DNA from: Wallemia ichthyophaga EXF-994
Taxonomy: Eukaryota > Fungi > Basidiomycota
Direction of reading: 5' to 3'
Assembly (NCBI RefSeq): GCF_000400465.1
Contig: NW_008806284.1
Location: 20,001 to 144,000 of the forward strand
DNA: 124,000 nt
Positions 25,438 through 38,284 of the stretch are shown piece by piece (the stretch's first letter is position 1; each line of letters begins with the position of its first letter). The notes below the pieces were generated by a model. It was not told the DNA's origin. It searched no databases and was given only the letters and a program-made list of their open reading frames with translations. The translations under genes were made by a program, and so were the position numbers.

Positions 25438-26125
25438 TTACTTGGCAGAGATAATACCTGAGGAAAATTTGTCAGCTAGAGTGAAAAACTTCAAACAACC
25501 CAAACACACCATCAAAACGTTGCTTGAACCAAGCTTGAGCTTCCTCCTTCTTGACCTTGTGCTGGAAGCCAATCTTGTTGTTGCGAGACTTACGCTTAGC
25601 AACGCGGTAACCAGGGCGGGAGATGACGACGTAGAAGTCAGCACCGAAGATACCAATACCTGGGTCATACTTGATACCCAAATCGATGTGCTCGTCGACA
25701 CCGAAACCAAAGTTACCAGTTTCACTAAAGTTACCCTTCTTAAGCTCGTACTCCTTAACCTTAAGGCCACGCTCTAAGATTTCCTCAGCCTTTGGACCTC
25801 TAACGGTAACGTGGCAAGCGATCTTTTCGTTACGACGGATACCGAAGGTACGGACGGTGTAGCGTGCCTTTGAGGTGACTGGAGTTTGACCAGTGAGTTG
25901 CTCAAGGACCTTTGCTGCACGAGTGAGTCTGTCACCGGATTCACCAACGGAAATGTCTGCGAGTGCGCGTTAGCTGTGAGCGGTGTACGATAACGATTAT
26001 TTACTGATGACGAGCTTTTCAACGCGAAGCTCCTTCATTTGGTTGCTTGGTGCAGTTGACTCGGCCTGTTTGGATTATATTTGTCAGTCTACAGTTTTAT
26101 ACTGCGTTTCACTCCAATTCACCAT
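25438..26125 (-). CDS. RPL11: 60S ribosomal protein L11 (uL5)
   Basis: [49 protein letters not shown]; ATG isolated by an intron. Confidence 0.95.
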
Positions 26126-26423
26126 TTCGATTTTTAACGTCGCTGAGCTCGAGTTGCGATAGACGAAATTCTCAAGCAAACGAGCTGAAAAAATTACAAA
26201 TCTTATTTATCACTGGGGGTATAATATTCGGGGTGATAGATGGTCTATTAATGCGTGTATACCTTTCATTTCCCCCTTTCTCCAATTTTCAACGACTCGT
26301 AAAGTCTTCTCGACAGCCATTTCATCCGATTTGAACAGAACCTGTATTATAAATTACATTCATGTATTGTACAATTCATTGTCTTTGCAATCCCCCGCTG
26401 GTCTTATCCACAACCCAGGCTGC

Positions 26424-26940
26424 TCACTCACCCTCGCTCCCCCTCGAGGTTGACGGAATGAGGGAGAAGTTAGGCGCTGTGAGTCTATGCCTTGGTGGGG
26501 GCATTCTAGGACCATATGACTCTGGCAGCGGCGGCAGCGGACGCGAGTTAAGTGTCTGCGAGAGTTCAAGGAGGTACTATCAAATAAGTCAATCTCAACA
26601 CTCAAGTCGAAAACAACGTCCACTCACTTCCTTAGGTGGCGCGAGAGAGAATTGGTGGTTTGATTTCACAGATATCGCCATCTCAACATCACCAAGCTCA
26701 ACACCGCCATGACCATTCCTGCCGGCGTACTCTGCATAAACTAGCGAATCTGATAATATCTCGTGCGTGTACCCTATAATATGTTAGAGTTTCCTGTGGT
26801 ATTCGACTCGACCTCCACCCACTGTTGGAGAAGTCAAGCAACATATGGATCGTTGCTGGTGGTGCATCGTTTATCCCCTTGGATGCGAGCATAAGCGATA
26901 TCAGATGCGCTGTTCTTGGTGTTGGCTTGTTGTCCGCCAT
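26424..26940 (-). CDS. TAF9: TFIID/SAGA subunit Taf9
   Basis: PRTAHLISLML, LLDFSNRYTHEIL.D..VYA, PPKE|YLLELA, GPRMPP.RHRLTAPNF. Confidence 0.85.
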
Positions 26941-27069
26941 TGGTGATGGTTTTGGAGAGGGATGACAAGGTCGTTAGTGAGCACTAGGAGAATCGCATTG
27001 CTTTCTCAAGAGTATTGCTATTATAATCATTCAACTTAAAAGCTACACCTGGTATTTAGCAGCTAGACA

Positions 27070-27950
27070 CAAGATGCAATGGCAACTCATGCCTGAATGG
27101 CATAAACCCTACCTTGCCTGATGGATTTTACCGTGTGAGCATCCAGACAGTGGCTCTACCAACAGTAATCATTCTCGAAATTGTATAACTACGTAATCCC
27201 CGCTCTATCCATCGGCACACAACTTAGGAGGCTTTACTTGATCAAAGGTTTGCGCTACAGACATTACATCCGCGATTTACAATAGTTACTTTGTCAAAAA
27301 TTCGATTCACAAGTATAAATCCACTCGTCGCGATTTTTCTGTTGGTTTATGGTTAGTTGGGAGATTGAGTAGAGTGAATGTCGAAAACTGTCGAATCAAT
27401 CACAATATCGATTCTCATATCGAGTATAGTGACCTTTTATCCAACAACGCATCAATTCTCAGTTGTCTCAAATTTGCACATGTTTCTATTTCGTACGGAG
27501 TGGGCAGTATGAAAAGTCGCATAAATGAAATTTCCGCGTGTTTATACATCACTGTTCATATCTGTGAAGGCAAAATCATTCATGTTTACCGGTGAAAATC
27601 CGAGTTCGACACAACAACTCTTGTGAGTCTCCGAAACACATTGGGATTGTTGAGCTCGCTGTTGCAGCTTTGAAGCATGGAAAAGGGGCTAATCTCAACT
27701 CGCTCAAGACTGTAGGAGTTAGCCCTATAAATCATAAGAGCCCATGTAAACTAAATCAACTTGTATTTCTCAAAATAACATGGAGACATTGCTTGCAAGC
27801 TTTTCAAGAAATCAAATCTCATGACTTCAATGAAAGTTGTAAATTGCAGTAGATGACAAACAAAATATTTTCAAGCTGTTTACTCGAAATTAACAGAGAT
27901 GTTCATTACACACCGATGATGTCTTGATTTCAACTCGCAAAGCAGCTAAT
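27070..27950 (+). pseudogene. Fragmented orphan reading frames
   Basis: Open stretches at ~27245-27595 and 27592-27852 with frameshifts and stops; no known motif. Confidence 0.2.
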
Positions 27951-28104
27951 ATTCTCAAGTTACTCCACAAAAGGAACGCCAAGTGGGGGAAGACATCATC
28001 GGAGGAGCAAAGATATCACACAAATAGCATCTGACGTGTGCTGTCTACATATAACGTATAGTATTTTGTATTTATGAAAATTGGTTTCTTACACTCAAAC
28101 GGTG

Positions 28105-28906
28105 ATGATGCTCTGGAGATGTTGTTGGCGGCGGAGGAAAGACAGCAATGATATAAACAACTCCGAGCAGGATGAGCGTACGCGGTTGCTGGACAATGAA
28201 GGAGGTGGTACTAGTGGTGGTGGATCTACGTGAGTTCACAAACCGCTAACACACACCCACTCACCCTTAGTAAATCAGTTACAGCCCAGCGCTACCACCA
28301 GCCACACCAAGCTACAGTCGAAGCCACAGCCATGCTCCCGACTCACAAACCACTGAGAACGACAAGGACACAGCGTCGCTTAACGATATAGTCAGCAAGG
28401 CTTCAGAACAAATGGTCAACATCACAAACTCCAATTCCTCTCTTAAAGCTGCAACGAGCATCCATAGCCTCAGGGATCTTAATTGCCTGTCTAACTGGCT
28501 GCAAGGTGATCCAATCAAGCTGGATAAGGCAACAGACCGCGAACAGGAGCTCATCAAAGATACAGCTTCTGGTCTAGCTGAAGTGTTTGAAAATGCGTTC
28601 GATTTCTCGCTCTCACAGTCAAATAGCGAGGCTAGCTCGAGGAGAGGGAGCATGAAGAGTGAGGGGATTGACGATAAGGGTGGTATTGGTAGTGGTAGCA
28701 AGAGCAACAGCAGGCCTAATAGCATTAACAACAACACCACCACTAACACTACCATCAACTCCTCTGAACAGCACGGTTTGTCATTCAATCAACGCCGTTT
28801 ATCGTTAGATGAACAATCAATGCATGAAGAGTTTGAGAATACACCAAGACAGACACTATCATCAACGCCACGCAATACACACAATACACGCGACAACGTT
28901 TCTTAG
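28105..28906 (+). CDS. LAMTOR1/Ego1-like vacuolar anchor protein (tentative)
   Basis: N-terminal CC, ERTRLL dileucine motif, LNDIVSKASEQMVNI helix; one intron. Confidence 0.5.
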
Positions 28907-28909
28907 TTT

Positions 28910-29858
28910 TTACTCCGTCAACATTCTATACCCCTCGTAATACTTGTCGGCGGTTTTATTGACAATATCTTCCGGTATAACTGGTCCGACTGGGCTGTTC
29001 TTGTCGAAACCAACAGATTTCAACCAGTCACGTACATATTGCTTGTCGAATGAGTCAACACCCTTACCAACTTGGTAACCCGCCACTGGCCAGAAGCGTG
29101 AGCTGTCTGGGGTGAGAATCTCGTCAACGACGAGTAGGTTACCCTGTGCGTCCACACCGAATTCCAACTTGGTGTCTGCCAAGATGATTCCCTTGGTTGA
29201 GGCATACTCAGACGCCGACAAGTATATCTTGATAGCAGCCTCCTCGATTCTTTTAGCGAGTGGTTGTGGAATTAGCTTTCGGTACTCTTCTAGTGAGATA
29301 TTCTCGTCGTGATCGCCTTGATCTGCCTTTGTGGAGGGAGTGAAGAGAGGGTGGTCGAATTTTTCACTTTCTTGCATACCAGATTTAACAGGAGCGCCAT
29401 TGACAGTGCCAGATTTCTTATACTCGCTCCACGCTGAACCAGTAATGTAACCTCTGACGATGGCTTCGATTTTGACAATATCGCACTTCTTTACCTGCAG
29501 AGTGCGATCTTTAAGGGAGTCTATGGCGCTTGCAGGGAGGCCCATTTTCTCTACATTCTTCTCTAGCAAGTGATGGCCGACGTGGGTGCCGTCGCTGAGA
29601 ATAATCGGGAAAAGCTTATCGAACCAGAAAGTGGAAAGTTGAGTGAGCAGCCTGCCCTTATTTGGGATGCCCTGGGTGAGTTAGCAGGCGCACAGCCATA
29701 CACACACTACTCACACTCGACAAGATAACGTCAAATGCAGAAATCCTATCCGTAGCGACGAAGAGGAGTGTGTCATTGTAGTCGTAAAGATCCCGCACTT
29801 TCCCAGTTGAAATCTTTTTAAACTCTTTTAAATCGGTGGATGTAATCGGCGCTTCCAT
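28910..29858 (-). CDS. ADE1: SAICAR synthetase
   Basis: [60 protein letters not shown]. Confidence 0.95.
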
Positions 29859-29896
29859 TGGTGGTCTTGTTGAAACAACCAACACAACTCATCGTA

Positions 29897-30583
29897 ATGG
29901 GGGAATATGAATATTTTGGATTCGATTTGAGTTTCTTATCGAGTATTTTGGGTGTGTTTATCATCGTCGGCAGCAGCTTAATCAAGCTACCACAGCTGTA
30001 CACGCTTTATCGCACTGGATCGAGTAATGGACTCAGTTTGAGTGCCTTCTCATTAGAAGCAGTGGCGTACTTTATAAACTACGTCTACGGATACTCTCAT
30101 TCATACCCATTCACGACATACGGCGAGAATCTCACACTGACATTCCAAAACATAGCCATTATAGGGTGTATAATGCGAAGAAAGGTGTATACTGTAATAT
30201 TCGCAGCAATCACTTTCTCATTCCTACTCACCCCGAAACCGCTAATCGACATGACATTCCAACTGTCGATTCCACTCAGTCTGGCGAGCAAACTACCACA
30301 AATACACGCCAACCACCGCAACGCTTCGACTGGATCGCTCTCTCCTATCACTACACTCGCTCAGCTCGGCGGGTGCTGCGTGCGCGTCTTGACCAGTGTG
30401 CATAATGCCGGCGACATACCCATGACTATCTCCTTCGCTGGAGCTGCCCTCTTAAATGGCATCCTCCTCGCTCAAATTGTCCTGTACGCGCGCAATCGCA
30501 GTGTTTACTTACCATCACATACCGCGCAAATTTTACACCCCTCCAATACCAACGAAAAGAGTGGGAAGAGCAGACGTGATTAG
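29897..30583 (+). CDS. PQ-loop protein, MPDU1/Lec35 family
   Basis: GSSLIKLPQL..GLSLSAF, PFTTYGE, SKLPQIHANHRNASTGSLS. Confidence 0.8.
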   Translation: MGEYEYFGFDLSFLSSILGVFIIVGSSLIKLPQLYTLYRTGSSNGLSLSAFSLEAVAYFINYVYGYSHSYPFTTYGENLTLTFQNIAIIGCIMRRKVYTVIFAAITFSFLLTPKPLIDMTFQLSIPLSLASKLPQIHANHRNASTGSLSPITTLAQLGGCCVRVLTSVHNAGDIPMTISFAGAALLNGILLAQIVLYARNRSVYLPSHTAQILHPSNTNEKSGKSRRD

Positions 30584-30809
30584 AAGGCTGTTTGTAAAGG
30601 TATAAAATTCGCATTGCATAATACACTACGACAAAAGGAAAAAGCATCAAACAACTCAAATAAGCAATCCAACGTATTCAAGTTACAATATAGAAATTTC
30701 ATCCAAATTAGTGTGTGTGTGACTTTGTATATAAATGCGTAGTATGTACTATCTATAATCAGGAAGAAAGGTGAGCAAAAAGAGTGAAAGTATCTATCCT
30801 CAGACGCCA

Positions 30810-33007
30810 TCAAGTGTCTGGCGCGAACTTGGACATGGAGCGCAGCTTACTGATATTGTATTGTTAGTATAGTCCACACCTACGCACATCAACTCACGGT
30901 CCAAATTTGATCAGTCCGAACGGAATAAAAGACAAGAGAATGGCGAGACATCCCAACAACGTCGATGCCCATCTGGGATTGAGGCGTTCGAACATCTGTG
31001 CCGCAAAGAGTGGGAATCCAGCGCCGAAAGCGGATCTGAATGGGATGTGAATGTGAGTAAAGGTGTCCAAAAATGCCCTAAGACAGTCTCAAAAACACTC
31101 CACCCACCTAATAACAGTGTTTGCAGCGAGTGCCGAACCTGCTGACCAAAGATACGTGTCGATAATGTAGTTGAAGAGGGAGAGGAAAACGAAGAGGATA
31201 CCTATTCCTATGAGAGAAGTGGCTATGAGGGGCGACCAGAACGATATGCTGGGGTAGCTAGTCCACCCAAACCAGAAGAAGGCAATGGCGAAGACTATGC
31301 CACCCAATGCGCCAGGGTACAGTCTCATCTCTGGATCAGGCAGCTTAGGGGCGGTTTTTTCGAGTGCCTTGGTGTATCTGAACGACATACCAGTAAGAAA
31401 CAGTTGCCCCACTCGTGTTCTCGCTACTCACTGTGGGTTAAAGTAGAGAATATTGATGGTGCATGCGATGAAACCTCCAATGAACAGCGGCAGGAACATC
31501 AATCCTTGTATGCCCTTATTGAAACCGTGTCCTGGGGCACCATATACGAACGGGAAACTGTTGCAATGAGTTAGTTTGGTGCGTCCAAACGCAAGCCCTA
31601 ACTCACGACTCGAAGAGGAGATAGAGAATACCATAAACGAAGCTCATGAAGAGTGTCAAAGCAGAGAGCATTGGCTCATAAGCGAGGAGAATAAACGGCT
31701 TGAAAATGGTATTGTGGATGGTGCTCTTGAAATCCGTTTTGCGGAGGTCGAGCGGAGATTTGTACCTGTCATCGCCCGTCTCCTTACGCTTCTGCTTGGC
31801 AATGCGTGCTAGGAGGGCAGGAGCGTATGTCTCGGGCAAGACTAATCCCAGGAGAAGAGTGCAGAAGCCGGCGAAAGCAAAGAGAGCCCAAAAGAGTATG
31901 CGCCAGTCAGCGCCCGCTGCAGCTATAAAGCCTGATATGACGGGGGCTATGGCGGGGCCGGCGAAGGGGGCGAGAGCGAAAACAGACATGGCTGGGCACC
32001 GTGTGTTAGTTGATACAATAGGTGTCTTATGCATGCGTACCAATTCCGCGTGCTGTTTTTGTTCAAGTCAGTAAGTTCTCATTTAAACATAACAACTCCA
32101 ACCCACTCTTGGGGTCCCAGAGGTCACTGATGACAGCACCGCAGACAACCAGCGGCGATGCACCTGTGTAGAGGTATATTTCAATAAAAGGGTCATTCAC
32201 TCAGCATCAACACCTACCGAAACAACCTGTAAGGAAACGAAACACAAGAATAGAGCCGGTGTTGGGTGAGAGCGCGCAACCGATAGTAAGTAAGGTATAA
32301 GGAATGAAAGCCATCAGCATGCCATTTTTACGCCCAAGGGTGGTTTCCGAGAGAGGGCCCCAGAGAAGGGGACCGACAGTGTAACCCGCGACGAAGAGAC
32401 TAACGGCGAGAGTAGCGACCTCGCGGGAGAAACCAAACTCGGCCATTAGTTCTTGTGAGATGCCCGACGGTGCACTACTTGAGAAGGTGGAGTTGAGGAC
32501 GAGTAGGCCAGCAATGAAGGTTAGGAGCCAGCGATAATTAGTGTTCCAGTTTTTGGGATTGCGCGTATCACCATCGTCGAACTTGTCGATCATGAATGGA
32601 TCACTCTTCTCCTCCTCAATAACCTCCTCGGCATCCTCGCCAATGTCGCTGTGGCTGCCGCGTTCGACGTCTTTGCCGAATGCGATGTCGGGGGGGAGGA
32701 CTAGGTCAGTGGCGCCGGCTAGCTCAGCCCCGACACTCGGCAATGGCACACTATCCCTGCGTAGCCCCTTCAAGCTGTCATTCGTCGGCGTTGGATAGAG
32801 ACTGCCTGCGGAAGACTTGCGGTTAATGGATCTGTTGCGTTTAATGGAGGATTGTCGTGCGAAGTTGGCGTCTGGCAGGGTAACTGAGTGGTTGATTGGT
32901 GGTTTAGTTGGTGGATGTTGTAGTGGCTGTTGTGGTTGTTGTGGCTGCTCTGGATGCTGTGGTTGCCTTTGCTGCTGCTGCTCTATCTGCTTCTCATTAT
33001 CAACCAT
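30810..33007 (-). CDS. MFS transporter, DHA1 drug:H+ antiporter family
   Basis: NPKNW, SLFVAGYTVGPLLWGPLSE..GRK, PETYAP, PEMRL; several introns. Confidence 0.9.
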
Positions 33008-33321
33008 TCCTAGTTTAAATTGAAATTGAAATTGAGACTGTTATATAAATAGGATGTTGCAGTTACACTCAAAGAACTGCGACCGTCATTTTACCGGATA
33101 TATGTATTGGAGACATGGACCCAATGGCGGGGCCGTAGAGCGTTCTATCGGCGTTGATTGTGGGGATGTGTGGGATGTTTGGGATGTTTATGTGTGTCAA
33201 TTCCATACTGGCACTCCTCCCACTCCTCCCACTTTCGCCGGATTTGATTTGATAAATTGAAATTCTTACGCACGAGAGGTAAGATACGTGCGTAAACAAG
33301 CACCACGACAAGAACCACCAA

Positions 33322-34017
33322 ATGTACCATCTTCTTCGAGGACTCTACACAGAGCTCACACGGCAGACAGAGTACTCGATACTGGTTATTGGTTTGAATG
33401 GCAGTGGCAAGACGACGTTCGTTGAGCATGCTAAAGAGATGTACACAGGCAAGCCACGCTACGAATCTGGTCCAACGATAGGCCAGAATGGTGAGAATAG
33501 ATTTGGTATCTAGATAAACATTATAACACCTCATTCAGTCGTAAAATTACCCGTCAGTAACACTATCCTCCATTTCTGGGATCTCGGTGGTTCATCGGAA
33601 TTTACAAATCTGTGGGATAGGTACTATGGTGACGCACAGGCTGTACTGTTCTTTATAGATGGCACGGACACTCAACGATTGAAAGAAAGTTGGGAGATAT
33701 TCGAGACACTGAAAACACACAGTGATCTACAAGGCATACCAATAGTAGTGTGTGCAACTAAACAGGATAAACAAGGTGCCATGTCTGCAGCTGATATTGA
33801 GAAAAAGTTCATCGACTACTCAAACAATACGCCTAATATACCTTACACCAGTCTAAGCAGCTTGAGTGAGAGGCTGGAGAACAGTCACAGTCATAGCAAT
33901 CAACACAACGACGATAAACGCAATCTAATCCTCAACCTCGTCAACACTGATCAGTCATCGATTAAGAGCGTAATTGATGCTTTGTTTGTGAGAGTACAAA
34001 CGTCTCCGAGGGGTTGA
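33322..34017 (+). CDS. ARL3: ARF-related small GTPase ARFRP1/Arl3
   Basis: MYHLL..LY, ILVIGLNGSGKTT, PTIGQN, WDLGG, ATKQD. Confidence 0.8.
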
Positions 34018-34138
34018 GAGAGGTATGAACACGAATTATGAATACAGGATTTGAACAGTTTTAACGAAATATAAACACAACACGTAAACACAGTTATAAA
34101 CATACATATGATATAAACACACTAAACAATCCCGCAAT

Positions 34139-34708
34139 CTACTTCAACACAGTCTCAGACCTGCGTATTGCCAGAAATTGCTGGACAGACGACGGCTGGA
34201 GTGTCTTGATGACGTCATAAACCTGCATGCTATTATAACGCAGGCGTGTGCGAGGATCCGTGTATTCACCCAAAAGACCAGTGACATCGCAGTATTTGCC
34301 AGGTGGGAGAAGTGAAGGGGGACACTCAATAGTGAACCAATTTGTGAGATTCTCGGGAAGTGAAGAGAGTTGCTGAATCTCATCTTCAGTGGCCTGTACA
34401 AGGCCATTCTTAACATCCTCCAGTCGCTGTCTTCCCTCTTTGAGACCTTCTAACTGCTGCCTCTCGCGCTCCCTCTCGATGGCCATCACCTGCTTGAATA
34501 TCTTGTTACGCTTGGTGTTGCTCCAATTTGGATTCTTGAATGGCCGCGGCGATTCGTAGAAATTGTAATAATCCACCACTTTGTCGGGTGGTTGGGGGGT
34601 GGACGATGTGGACGCAGACGCGGATGATTGGCGTGGTTTCTTGCGTGGTGGCCTAGAGCGTATTATTGTAAGCTATTTCATTGGCTATAATTATGGTTTT
34701 GTAAATAC
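34139..34708 (-). CDS. IES6: INO80 complex subunit Ies6 (YL1-C)
   Basis: RPFKNPNW, IECPPSLLPPGKYCDVTGL...YTDPRTRLRY; start AT|G split by intron 34654-34706. Confidence 0.85.
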
Positions 34709-34760
34709 ATTTTATCCTTCTATCCTTCTATCGCGGCGACGGTGACAAAGAAGGAAGAAT

Positions 34761-35280
34761 ATGTGGTGGGTGCCTAATATCAATTAAATCTCACCTCACA
34801 CTCCACACCTAAGCAAACACGTCCTCAACGCACAAGCAGCAATACGCTCTCCATGCTGCAGAAAGTGGTTCGATGTGAGCAGCTTCTATGGTACAATACA
34901 ACTAACTCAAATCACATTAAAGTGCCCAGAATGCCATGAAGAAAAGGAAGACCATCCCCTCGCTAAATCCATTGAATTGTCCTTCATGTGCAAGAAATGC
35001 AAGCGCGCATTTAGGAAGGATATGACTGTATTTGAAGAGAGCGATGAGTATTGCCCTCACTGTGATAATCATTTTGTAGGTGTTCTTAGGATTACTTGTA
35101 GTAACCCTCACTCATCCCTCACACTAGGTCATCGACGCTAAAACACCAGAAGCTGCACTGATGGTCGAAGGTGAAGATGCACGCGTCGATAACAGGATCA
35201 TCAAAGACGAGAGAGCCAAGATCGATCCAGAGAGGACTATCAACGCCCGCAATGCTGAGTTGAGTGATAGAGTTGGATAG
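34761..35280 (+). CDS. CHY-type zinc finger protein
   Basis: KHVLNAQAAIRSPCCRKWFD|CPECH..HPL..CKKCKRAFRKD..DEYCPHCDNHF; multi-exon. Confidence 0.8.
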
Positions 35281-35351
35281 TTTGTCGTGTCGTATATCTT
35301 TGGATATTTGTAAATTGTATTATGTATACTCATTCTGCCTCTTTACTCATT

Positions 35352-36293
35352 CTAGTTTATCTCTATAATCATTTGTTTGTCTTCTCCTTGATCTTGTTTG
35401 GATATGTTTGAGTCGCTCGAGTCACTCGAATCGCTCGAATCGCTAGACACACTACTTGTATCACTATCACTATCACTGTCACTGATACTTTCATCAAACT
35501 TCATCACCTCCTTCGTCCTCCACCGCGTCTCTAGCGGCACATCCGACACCATGAGCACTGCAAAATCTATCACTACCGTGCCCCTCAAAGCCTCTATAAT
35601 CTCTTCATCTAGCTGCGTTCGTACATTCTGCCCGTCCTGGCTCTTTATGTAGAAATGGAGAGTGTGGAGGCGATGTTGATCGATATAGCCCGCCTTTTGC
35701 GTGAGGATGTATTCCACACTCATACACTGGGGTATTCCATGCACGACCACCTTCTCACTTTCCTTCTCCTTTACATTCTCACCCAAACTCACCAGACTCA
35801 CCACCTCCACACTCAAATTGAGCTGAGCAGACCGGGCATCCCAGTGCGTGCGATCCCGTCGCCGTCTCTCCATACCGAGCGGACTAAGGAGGAGTTCGAT
35901 GCCCTCGTTTGCGAAGGAGGACTGCATTCTGAGTGCTTTGGCGTGTGGGTGGTGTGGGTGGTGCTGGTGCTGGTTATGAGGATGATGATGTTGTTGCTGC
36001 TGCCCATGAGCCACATGAACCCCTGCTGGTGCCTTTTTCCCTGCCTCCTCCACTTCCCGCTTCGCCTCCTCTAGCAGGGCATAGTCATTTACCAAATCCA
36101 TATGCTTGTAGTCCTTCATCGCTATATATGCCGTCTTGTCCCGCTCTCCGCTGCATCCACGCTCTTCTTTGTGCCTGCGACTGCACGCGAGTGAACAGCT
36201 GCGTAACGTGCATCGCGGACACTTGTATTTCGACACTGCCCCGCATAGCTCACACAAGCTCGTTTGGGAGAAGATGTTGTCTATTTCTGCCAT
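35352..36293 (-). CDS. BCD1: Box C/D snoRNP assembly factor Bcd1/ZNHIT6
   Basis: HIT zinc finger CELC..KYKCPRC..SCSLACSRRHK..CSG.R, LVNDYALLE. Confidence 0.85.
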   Translation of the reverse strand: MAEIDNIFSQTSLCELCGAVSKYKCPRCTLRSCSLACSRRHKEERGCSGERDKTAYIAMKDYKHMDLVNDYALLEEAKREVEEAGKKAPAGVHVAHGQQQQHHHPHNQHQHHPHHPHAKALRMQSSFANEGIELLLSPLGMERRRRDRTHWDARSAQLNLSVEVVSLVSLGENVKEKESEKVVVHGIPQCMSVEYILTQKAGYIDQHRLHTLHFYIKSQDGQNVRTQLDEEIIEALRGTVVIDFAVLMVSDVPLETRWRTKEVMKFDESISDSDSDSDTSSVSSDSSDSSDSSDSNISKQDQGEDKQMIIEIN

Positions 36294-36899
36294 TGTTCGA
36301 TTGTGATGGTGGTGCACCAAGAAGATTACATCACTCTGATAAGATTAAAGTGGAGAGTGTCTTCATGGTGTATATATGTACGATCGTTCACTCAAAAAAA
36401 ACACATTTACTCTAAGATCGAAAATTTTTGCATGATTTCACAATATACTTAAGCCAAACAAGTCAACGGGTTGCCAGAATCGATAGTATACTCGAAGATA
36501 TCAGCATAAGTCCCACAGCTGTCCTCCACCCTTACCGACATCCACTAACATAAACATAAACTTCAAAAAGTGCATCAAGAAGAAATACATACCGAGGATG
36601 AAGGCTGCTGAATGTTTGAGCATGGAAACCTAATTCAACATTTTGCCGTTTATGACATCAATTGCGTCACGGCAAAGCTAGTATCCAGTGAAATAAATCT
36701 TCCACATAGCGCAGTCTGGATTACACCAGAGTTATTCGCCACCAGTCTAATAAGAAATTGCAATTCACTGACTTGCTCAACCATCTTATATGCTAAAGAG
36801 TGCACCAGTATTTAAAGCTTTCAGCCAAATTTCGCTGATTTGAGATCGGGAAGATAAAATACATTGATATACAAATAAAATACACATGGTAGAACCTTT

Positions 36900-37334
<435 letters not shown>

Positions 37335-37405
37335 TTAATGTTTTTCACAGGGAGGGACATACGGCTTAAATAGTGGCGCGCGTCGTTGAATCATTTTCCA
37401 CTTGG

Positions 37406-37555
37406 GATCACGCGCAAATCAGAATTTGTGGTGGCGGGCGGGAGTGAATGCGAGTAGTGTACAAAAAAAGGTTAATCTGACAGCCAAAAATTTAGGCTAT
37501 CTGGTGATTTGTATTGATCTCAGATTTTCCCACTTTACATAGCAGGATCACGCGT
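37406..37555. promoter_or_regulatory. Repeated GATCACGCG motif (MCB-like) in the divergent H3/H4 promoter
   Basis: GATCACGCG at 37406 and 37546; the second copy contains ACGCGT. Confidence 0.45.
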
Positions 37556-37620
37556 TTTATAAAAAAAAAACAAATGATTTGATCAGATCGTGATCTCTAG
37601 CGCGCGCTGCAAATGCATAA

Positions 37621-38027
<407 letters not shown>

Positions 38028-38284
38028 TTCTCCCATTATATTTACCATCGCATCTATTCCTGTATTAGTAGTCTAGCATACAAATAACTTTATATTGATC
38101 ATCTTCCGACCCGTTAGAACTGCTTAAACATTTTCCGCTTTAACCGCGCGCGTAGCACCGAGGAACGGTAATGAATGTTTATTGTATATATCTAACTTGA
38201 TAGGTAAACAACGCACATTCCAATTTAATAATTTCTGCAGGTTTATTTGATTATTCTATCTCTTCTTGCGGTGTTCCGATCGCG

